Source: Candidatus Aminicenantes bacterium (GTDB taxonomy: Bacteria; Acidobacteriota; Aminicenantia; Aminicenantales; Aminicenantaceae). Taken from it: DNA of 52,655 nt. Each line of letters starts with the position of its first letter. Positions within the stretch are counted from its first letter, which is position 1. The stretch is taken from contig QMPV01000003.1 in assembly GCA_003648765.1 (NCBI GenBank), positions 1 through 52,655 of the forward strand, read 5' to 3'. Of the stretch, positions 18,792 to 24,889 are shown piece after piece. The notes beneath the pieces are model-generated. The model was not told where the DNA came from. It did not search any database and was given only the letters and a program-made list of their open reading frames with translations. Position numbers and translations under genes: made by a program.

Positions 18792-19685
18792 TTATTGCTG
18801 GTGGGCTTTTTTCCAAGCTTGAATAAATTTGACGGCCCTTTCGACCATTTCTTCAACTTCTTGGCGGCCCTGTTCGGCAGTGGCCTGGCGGGGGTCAAGA
18901 AAGGACCAGACGCCGTTAGAGGAAAGTTGATGGCTGGCTCCTCCTTTACCGGTTTCTTCGGGAACTCCCAGCAGTGAACTCCAGACATAACGAAGAGAGG
19001 GATCTTTAGTCGCCAGCTGCTGGAGTTCCTTCATTTGGGGAGTGAAGGTCATCATGGGTTGGGCGGCTTTTTCCAGACGAACAAGTTCCGGCTGAAGATA
19101 GAGCATGATGGAAGTCTCCGAGACTCCGGCATGCCAATCCATTGAACCATCATCTTCTCCGGCTGGCTGGAGAGGGCTGCCGTGGCCAATAGCTATGGCG
19201 ATACCTTGAGTTTGATGATTTATGCGATGGATGACTTTTGTTTGGATGATGTTATTGCCACCATGATAATTAAAAAACATGAAACGGCGGAAACCGTATT
19301 TAAGTAACCATTCGACCGACTCAAAAATCACTTCTTCCAGAGTTTCCGGTTTCAGACTTAAAGTTCCGGGAAAGCCCGAATGATAAGCGCTATAACCGAT
19401 AAACACCAGGGGGGCTACCATTACCCCCGTCCTGGCCGAGATAAGTTTAGACATACCCACCGCTTCATAGAAATCTGTACCCAGAGGAAGATGGGGACCG
19501 TGTTGTTCTGTGCTCCCTAAAGGAATAATGACCATATCACACTTTTCCAGATAAGCTTTTACTTCGGGCCAAGTCATCTCCTGAAGGACTAAGGGATGGC
19601 TGGAGGAAGATGCCCCTCCCGCCCAGCCTAAATTGAGGCTCAGGAAACAAAGGGCCACGAGAATCAAGAATTTTTTAGAGTTCAT
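18792..19685 (-). CDS. creatininase-family amidohydrolase with an N-terminal signal peptide
   Basis: AAAGGAGG RBS. MNSKKFLILVALCFLSLNLGWAGG signal. IIPLGSTEQHGPHLPLGTD metal-binding motif typical of the creatininase family. Confidence 0.85.
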   Translation of the reverse strand: MNSKKFLILVALCFLSLNLGWAGGASSSSHPLVLQEMTWPEVKAYLEKCDMVIIPLGSTEQHGPHLPLGTDFYEAVGMSKLISARTGVMVAPLVFIGYSAYHSGFPGTLSLKPETLEEVIFESVEWLLKYGFRRFMFFNYHGGNNIIQTKVIHRINHQTQGIAIAIGHGSPLQPAGEDDGSMDWHAGVSETSIMLYLQPELVRLEKAAQPMMTFTPQMKELQQLATKDPSLRYVWSSLLGVPEETGKGGASHQLSSNGVWSFLDPRQATAEQGRQEVEEMVERAVKFIQAWKKAHQQ

Positions 19686-19913
19686 TTTTTTCCTCCTTTT
19701 AAAGAAAAAATGATATTTTTATTTCATCCCCTAAATCAAGTCCAAATAGAAATAAAGAGGAGGCAGAGCTTCCTGTTTCACTTTTGAGTAGAGGAGCTAG
19801 GTCTGCCTCTTGCACCTTTGAGCCACAAGACTTTTTGTGGCTCCTTAATTAGGCCAATCAAAAAATTCATTCTCTCAGGTTCTCTTAGGGAATATCAGAG
19901 GACTTCCTCAAAT

Positions 19914-19977
19914 AAGAAGAGAAGAGAAGAGAAGAGAAGAGAAGAGAAAAGAAAAGAAAAGAAAAGAAAAAAAAAGG
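19914..19977. repeat. 64-nt all-purine compound microsatellite (GAAGA)6(GAAAA)5 ending in an A9 run
   Basis: Read directly: GAAGA x6 at 19916-19945, GAAAA x5 at 19946-19970, then AAAAAGG. It lies in the divergent intergenic region between the starts at 19685 (-) and 20236 (+). Confidence 0.95.
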
Positions 19978-20235
19978 CGAATTTCAAACCAGCTCATCGA
20001 CAATTTTTTCTTCAGGCTTTCCTCAGTTCTCCTGGGAGAGATGAACACTTAAGCCTAGTCTATTATTCTGTTTGCTTACCCGCTGAGAATTGACTACAAT
20101 AATTAAAGATTAGACTTATCTGGGCCAGGGTGGGGCTTATCCTCAAGAAAGAGGAGAGAATTTAGTTGGCCATTGAGGGGGGAAGAGATTGAGGCCTTCG
20201 CAAGAAATTCCCGAGGCTAAGAAGGATGAGGTAAG

Positions 20236-22020
20236 ATGAAAATCGGGACGATTATAAAAAAAAGAAATAAGGTGAGGGGCTTTAACAGAGATCAGGAACC
20301 AGGGGAAAAAGGGGAAGAACAAAGCCAATTTTTCTTATGGAGAAAATGGGGGGCCTACCCATTTTCTCTTTGCTGTCGAGGCGTATTTATTCTCTTAATT
20401 CTTACGGGTATTACTTCCCCAGTAGCCTCAGAAAATTGGCTGAGAGGTTCAATTCTTCCAAGCGCCGGTCTTTCTCCGAAGACAATTTTCTGTCTTCCCG
20501 CTGGGATTGCCCCGTATTTTGGGCAACTCAGGGAGACGAAAGAAGAACCGGGGAGTATTCGAGATGAAAGCTGGATGGGCATTTATATTAAAAACCAAAA
20601 GGTAGGATATGCTCACCGTTACCGGCGTTTAGTTTCCTGGAAGGGGAGCGAATATGAGGAACATTTTTCTGAGTCAATTATTAAAGTCTCCCGTTTAGGA
20701 GGAACGCCTCTTAATATCGAGACCAGACAATCAGCTTTTTATAATAAAGAGGGGCAACTTAAACGTTTATTGGTCGAGACCACCATGTCAGGAGACAAAA
20801 TTCAACTGGAAGCCGTGGTTGAGCCCCAGAAGATAATTTTTTACCTGGGAGGCCAGAAGATTAAAGAGATTCCCTGGGAGAAGGAATTTTATGCTGAAAT
20901 TCCCGTCAAAAAACTTCTGGCTGAAGGAAAAATTCAACCTGGTTTCAGTCAAGATTTCTTGATAATCGATCCTTTATCTTACAGTCTGAAGATAAGTCGA
21001 TTTGAAGTTCTGGGTTGGGAGGAAGTCTTGATTCTTGGCCGAAAAAAGACACTTTGGCATACGCGGACAAAAGTAGAGACTATTATTCCCGTGACCGTAG
21101 ATGATTGGCTGGATGAGGAAGGGCGGGTCTGGAAATCGATCAACCAATCTGCCTTTTTAACCATGACTTCATTGCGACAGAGTCAAGAGGAAGCTCTCAG
21201 GCCAGTGGCCACCGGCTTTGAGCTAGCTTATTCCTCACTTATTCGCTCTAATATAGTGCTGGCCCATCCCCATCAGGTTACTCGTGTCCGATTTCGGCTG
21301 AGCGGAGTACCTTTGGAGAAATTGTTAGCCTTTCCCTTTGATGATGGCAGCCAACAATTGGTGAAAGTAGGTGATGATTTTGTTATTATTCAGACCAATT
21401 CACTTGTTTTTGATGAAAAGCGGGCCTTAACTTTGCCCATAGCCCAAGAGACACTCAGGCCATTTCTTGAGTCCACGGCTTTCTGTCAGTCAGATGACCC
21501 GGAAATACAGCGGGTAGCTCGCCAGATTGTTGGCTCGGAAAGAAATGCTTGGCGAGCGGCTAAGAAAATCGCCTGTTGGGTAAATCGCTCCCTGACCCCT
21601 AATTATGATGTGGGCTTTGCTACCGCCAGGGAGGTTATCCGTAATCGCCAAGGAGACTGTTCGGAGCACACGGTTTTGATGGTCGCGCTCTGTCGAGCCG
21701 TGGGCCTGCCCGCCCGGGCGGCGGTGGGGATTATGTCTTCCGGAGGAGTTTTTGCCTATCATATGTGGCCGGAAGTTTATGTGGGCCGCTGGGTGAATCT
21801 TGACCCCAAATGGCTGGTGGTGGCGGGACCGGAAGAAGAATTAGTGACCGATGCTACTCACTTGAAGTTCGGTCGCAGCCGTCTGGATGAGGATTTATTT
21901 CAGGAAATGGCTCAATCAGTAGCCGAGATAATCGGTCAACTTAAACTGGAGATTATAGATTATCATTCAGATCCGGCGAGGCAGCCTTGGGTTAAGGTTA
22001 ATGAGCACCTTGTAAACTGA
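20236..22020 (+). CDS. membrane-anchored transglutaminase-like cysteine protease-fold protein
   Basis: TM anchor FSLCCRGVFILLILTGI. C-terminal transglutaminase core QGDCSEHTVLMVALCRAVGLPAR (Cys), YHMWPEVYV (His) and NLDP (Asp). Confidence 0.8.
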   Translation: MKIGTIIKKRNKVRGFNRDQEPGEKGEEQSQFFLWRKWGAYPFSLCCRGVFILLILTGITSPVASENWLRGSILPSAGLSPKTIFCLPAGIAPYFGQLRETKEEPGSIRDESWMGIYIKNQKVGYAHRYRRLVSWKGSEYEEHFSESIIKVSRLGGTPLNIETRQSAFYNKEGQLKRLLVETTMSGDKIQLEAVVEPQKIIFYLGGQKIKEIPWEKEFYAEIPVKKLLAEGKIQPGFSQDFLIIDPLSYSLKISRFEVLGWEEVLILGRKKTLWHTRTKVETIIPVTVDDWLDEEGRVWKSINQSAFLTMTSLRQSQEEALRPVATGFELAYSSLIRSNIVLAHPHQVTRVRFRLSGVPLEKLLAFPFDDGSQQLVKVGDDFVIIQTNSLVFDEKRALTLPIAQETLRPFLESTAFCQSDDPEIQRVARQIVGSERNAWRAAKKIACWVNRSLTPNYDVGFATAREVIRNRQGDCSEHTVLMVALCRAVGLPARAAVGIMSSGGVFAYHMWPEVYVGRWVNLDPKWLVVAGPEEELVTDATHLKFGRSRLDEDLFQEMAQSVAEIIGQLKLEIIDYHSDPARQPWVKVNEHLVN

Positions 22021-23235
22021 AGTGTTGGCCCATTGGCCGAGCTCAAAGGCAGAAATGGTTTCTTCCTTTTGCCGCCCGATCAGCACCACTTCGTCGCCGG
22101 CTTGAACTGTTTCATCAGATCCCAGACGAACTTCCAGATGATTAGCGGTCGGCTTAGTAATGATAGGGAATCTTTTGCCCCTAATAAGCACAAAACTTTT
22201 TTCTGGAGTCACTAGAGGATAACCATCAGAGTAGCCAATGGGCAACAGAGCAATCCGCTCCCGGGAGGTGACTCGGTAGGCCCGATGGTAAGAGATCGAA
22301 TCTCCAGGTTGAAATGTTTTGACGGCATAAACGCGGCACTTAAGAGAGAGCACTGGTTGAAGTTGGAGTTTGTCTTCAGCTTGACTTTTATCTGAAGCAT
22401 AATAGCCATAGAGCATAATGCCCGGCCTGACCATGTCCAGATAACCTTCCGGCAGGGTGAGCAAGCCGCCGCTGGAGACAACATGTTTCAGACCAAGGAC
22501 CAGACCTTTCTTTTCCGCCTGCCGACAAAGGGACAGAAAGCGCTGGAGTTGCTCTCGGTCGAATTCCGGGTCTTCGGTTAAGGTGGTCGAAACACCGACT
22601 ATTTCAATATTACTCAGAGAAGAAACTTTCTCTAGGTAGGGTAAGGCGTGACGGTAGTCCACCCCAACCCGACCCATGCCGGTATCTATATGAATGTGAA
22701 CCTGGGCTTTTTGGTAGTATCGGCGAGCTGTTTCATTTAATGATTCAACTTCACGAGTGAAGACACATTGCTGAATTTGGTAGCGGATAATATCTCGGGT
22801 TTCTTGGGCACTGAAGGGACCAAAGTTAAAAATAGGCGTAGTCAGACCATTTTCTCTTAACTCGAAAGCTTCCTGGAGTTTCCCCACCATCACAAAGGAA
22901 ATCCGTTTTCTTTCCAAAGCTTGAGCTATTTCTGTTAGCCCATGACCATAGGCGTTGGCCTTGATGACAGCCATGACCTGGACTTTACTTAATTCTCTGA
23001 TTTTTTTGAGGTTCCAATAAAGGGCGTCGAGGTTTAATTCAATCCAGGGGTCAAACCTAGAAGAAGTCAAGGGTGGCTGCGTCAAAGGTACTGATTTTTT
23101 GGCAGCCAAGATTGAGGGCAACGAAGCGATAAATCCCGAGGAAAGAGCTGTCAGCCGAAAAAACTCCCGCCGTTTTAAGGGGCGTCTTTTTCTTGGACTG
23201 AATTTTTTTTCGGCTTGCTTAATTTTCTCGGCCAT
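21967..23235 (-). CDS. alr: alanine racemase-family PLP enzyme with a twin-arginine signal peptide
   Basis: GGGAGG RBS. N-terminus RKRRPLKRREFFRLTALSSGFIASLPSILAAKK (Tat-like RREFF plus h-region). PLP-lysine motif VMAVIKANAYGHG. PIGYSDGYP catalytic Tyr region. Confidence 0.9.
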   Translation of the reverse strand: MAEKIKQAEKKFSPRKRRPLKRREFFRLTALSSGFIASLPSILAAKKSVPLTQPPLTSSRFDPWIELNLDALYWNLKKIRELSKVQVMAVIKANAYGHGLTEIAQALERKRISFVMVGKLQEAFELRENGLTTPIFNFGPFSAQETRDIIRYQIQQCVFTREVESLNETARRYYQKAQVHIHIDTGMGRVGVDYRHALPYLEKVSSLSNIEIVGVSTTLTEDPEFDREQLQRFLSLCRQAEKKGLVLGLKHVVSSGGLLTLPEGYLDMVRPGIMLYGYYASDKSQAEDKLQLQPVLSLKCRVYAVKTFQPGDSISYHRAYRVTSRERIALLPIGYSDGYPLVTPEKSFVLIRGKRFPIITKPTANHLEVRLGSDETVQAGDEVVLIGRQKEETISAFELGQWANTSVYKVLINLNPRLPRRI

Positions 23236-23337
23236 TATTGCCTCCCTGAGTTTATCTGATTGTTTCCGGATGACCTTTTTCCTGGTTTATAGCGTCATTG
23301 AGAGTGATGATCTTGGTGGATAAACCCGCCCGCAGGA

Positions 23338-24069
23338 TTAAGCCTCAGTTTCCTTTTTTTCATGGTCATTAGCGGCGAAATACTCACGCAATCCTTCAGA
23401 ATAGGAGGGGACAGAAAGAGGGGCCACCCGATGGTTATAAATTAATTCCACCAATTTCTTTTTGTCTTTCTTTTTCAAGGCTTCGATGATTTCCTGATGC
23501 TCTGTGAGTGATTCATGGAGAGCTCCAGGTTTTTTAAAGGCGTGGATGCGAGCATAGGTGTAACGCTGTAATTTTTCATTGACATAGTGCACCATTTCTC
23601 GAAGAAATTTATTGGGCACAGCTTTAGTTATTTCATTATGGAATTCTTCGTTCAATTCGAAATATTTCTCGATAGTTTCAATTCGTGACTTTTTCAGCAT
23701 TTTTTCCGCGAGCCTCTCCAGTTTGGCGATTTGTTTGGGGGTTAAGACATCAACCGCTAGCTCCATAACCAGTCTGTCTAATGCTCCGAGGACCTGCAGG
23801 ATCTCCCGTAATTCTTTTTCTGAGGCTTCTTTGACTTTGACATGGCGACGAGAGTCGATGGTGACAAAACCCTTGGCTTCTAGTTTGAGAATAGCTTCTC
23901 TGATAGGCGTTCGACTGACGTTGAAGTATTTAGCTAGTTCAATTTCGTTGAGTCGTTGATTGGCTTTGAGTTTATTGTTAATAATGAGATCTTTGAGATG
24001 ATTGTAAATAAAGTCGCTTAAAGTCCGGGGAAGAGGATACTTGAATTTTTTATTGGCTTCGAAAATCAT
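23338..24069 (-). CDS. GntR-family transcriptional regulator (FadR/FCD-type C-terminal domain)
   Basis: wHTH RLNEIELAKYFNVSRTPIREAILKLEAKGFV plus an all-helical C-terminal domain. The start is set at the ATG 24069 (MIFEANKKF), which has GGAGG 6 nt upstream (24076-24080). The track start at 24120 lies upstream of the predicted promoter. Confidence 0.9.
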   Translation of the reverse strand: MIFEANKKFKYPLPRTLSDFIYNHLKDLIINNKLKANQRLNEIELAKYFNVSRTPIREAILKLEAKGFVTIDSRRHVKVKEASEKELREILQVLGALDRLVMELAVDVLTPKQIAKLERLAEKMLKKSRIETIEKYFELNEEFHNEITKAVPNKFLREMVHYVNEKLQRYTYARIHAFKKPGALHESLTEHQEIIEALKKKDKKKLVELIYNHRVAPLSVPSYSEGLREYFAANDHEKKETEA

Positions 24070-24097
24070 CAATGTCCTCCGGTGAAAGTTCTTTGGC

Positions 24098-24128
24098 ATT
24101 ATATCACGAAAAAGGCTCAAGAGGTCAA
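24098..24128 (-). promoter_or_regulatory. candidate extended -10 promoter of the gntR-alr operon
   Basis: The minus strand reads TTGACC (24128-24123), a 19-nt spacer, then TGaTATAAT (TG at 24106-24105, TATAAT at 24103-24098). This is about 30 nt upstream of the 24069 start. Confidence 0.5.
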
Positions 24129-24213
24129 ACTTCTCCTTCAGAAGGTCGGGGTCTTGACGGCCGTGATGATCGAGCTGTTGGCGAAATTAGGGGTCAGCCA
24201 ATTGGGGATCAGA

Positions 24214-24334
24214 TACTGTGTCCAACATTTTGGTGTCAGACACCTACACAACATTTTTTGTGTCGCATAATTTTTGGGTGTCAGACACACACATTGGTGT
24301 CAGACACCCTACATATTGGTGTCAGACACCCACA
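24214..24334. promoter_or_regulatory. array of four perfect and two degenerate GTGTC-N-GACAC palindromes (candidate GntR-type operators)
   Basis: TGGTGTCAGACACC at 24231-24244, 24295-24308 and 24317-24330. TGGGTGTCAGACAC at 24275-24288. Degenerate half-sites CTGTGTCCAACAT (about 24216-24228) and TTGTGTCGCATAA (about 24258-24270). Most units are preceded by ACAT. It lies between the candidate sRNA terminator and the gntR promoter. Confidence 0.6.
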
Positions 24335-24390
24335 AGTTTACAAAGAAAAGTAAGCTTACCCCAAGCTTATTGATATTATTGACCGAGATA

Positions 24391-24429
24391 AAGAAAAAAA
24401 GAGGGCGCCCCGTGGGAGGGGCACCCTCT
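24391..24429 (-). terminator. strong intrinsic terminator on the minus strand
   Basis: The minus strand reads AGAGGGTGCCCC-TCCCAC-GGGGCGCCCTCT, a 12-bp GC-rich stem with one mismatch and a 6-nt loop (24400-24429). It is followed by TTTTTTTCTTT (A7 on the plus strand at 24394-24400). Confidence 0.7.
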
Positions 24430-24592
24430 AGAACTAAGGGGGTGATTGTGATGAGGGGAATGAGGGAGGGGAGATTGACCAAAATTCCACCCAGGCTCCT
24501 TTTGAGAGGATAGGCCTAGGCTTGGTTTATTTCTCCAAAAACAATCACCAATCCTTGATTTATTTAAAATTATAATAGAGATAAAAATTATA
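24394..24592 (-). ncRNA. candidate small RNA of about 185-200 nt with C-rich (anti-Shine-Dalgarno-like) motifs
   Basis: Bounded by the promoter at 24587-24627 and the terminator at 24391-24429. The 3' half of the RNA reads ...AAUCUCCCCUCCCUCAUUCCCCUCAUCACAAUCACCCCCUUAG... just before the terminator hairpin. The only ORF across it (24376-24627) starts at the TTG of the -35 box and reads through the terminator. Confidence 0.4.
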
Positions 24593-24627
24593 GAAAATAT
24601 AATAATTAATCGGATAATTTTTGTCAA
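24587..24627 (-). promoter_or_regulatory. candidate sigma70 promoter driving the minus-strand short transcript
   Basis: The minus strand reads TTGACA (24627-24622), a 17-nt spacer, then TATTAT (24604-24599). A perfect TATAAT follows at 24592-24587. The surroundings are AT-rich. Confidence 0.45.
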
Positions 24628-24811
24628 GTAGAGGACTTACTTTTATCTCAGACATTTTTACTTTATAATGAGTCAAATCTTTCTCAATTGACGCTCCTCA
24701 AGCTTTTTTAAGTTTTCTAGACCTAAAAAAGCTTCAAGGAATGTAGTTCACTTCCCTTGGTCTTCAGGTTCCATCAGGAGCTATTTTTTCCTCCAGTAAT
24801 TCTAATCGATA

Positions 24812-24840
24812 TTGACAGCTAAGGTGGAGTTGCTTATTTT
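24812..24840 (+). promoter_or_regulatory. candidate promoter for the 24890 gene
   Basis: TTGACA (24812-24817), a 17-nt spacer, then TATTTT (24835-24840), 50 nt upstream of the TTG start. Confidence 0.3.
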
Positions 24841-24889
24841 TTAAGAGGGAATAAGTCAGCTTTCCAATAAGGGTTAAGGGAAAGTTATT

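Noticed and set aside
19818-20093. 91-aa ORF with KKRREEKRREEKRKEKKRKKK
   Set aside because: The Lys/Arg/Glu run is simply the translated (GAAGA)n(GAAAA)n microsatellite. There is no RBS and the flanks look non-coding.
24070-24120. 17-codon N-terminal extension of the GntR ORF
   Set aside because: The predicted extended -10 promoter (24098-24106) lies inside it. The ATG at 24069 has a GGAGG RBS at ideal spacing.
24214-24334. Possible CRISPR array or replication iterons
   Set aside because: The repeat core is only 13-14 bp, the spacers are 5-30 bp and partly repeat-derived, and no cas genes, leader, rep or dnaA-type genes are nearby. The palindromic GT-N-AC structure fits transcription-factor operators better.
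24072-24513. Three plus-strand ORFs (24072-24353, 24082-24270, 24274-24513) with repeated GVRH/CQTP peptides
   Set aside because: The peptide repeats are translations of the GTGTCAGACAC palindrome array. They overlap the gntR 5' end and promoter in antisense and show no coding signal.
24376-24627. 83-aa minus-strand ORF (MTKIIRLIIIFSIIF...)
   Set aside because: Its start is the TTG of a TTGACA -35 box. The Ile/Leu-rich N-terminus reflects AT-rich promoter DNA, and the frame reads straight through a strong intrinsic terminator. It is better explained as a non-coding transcript.
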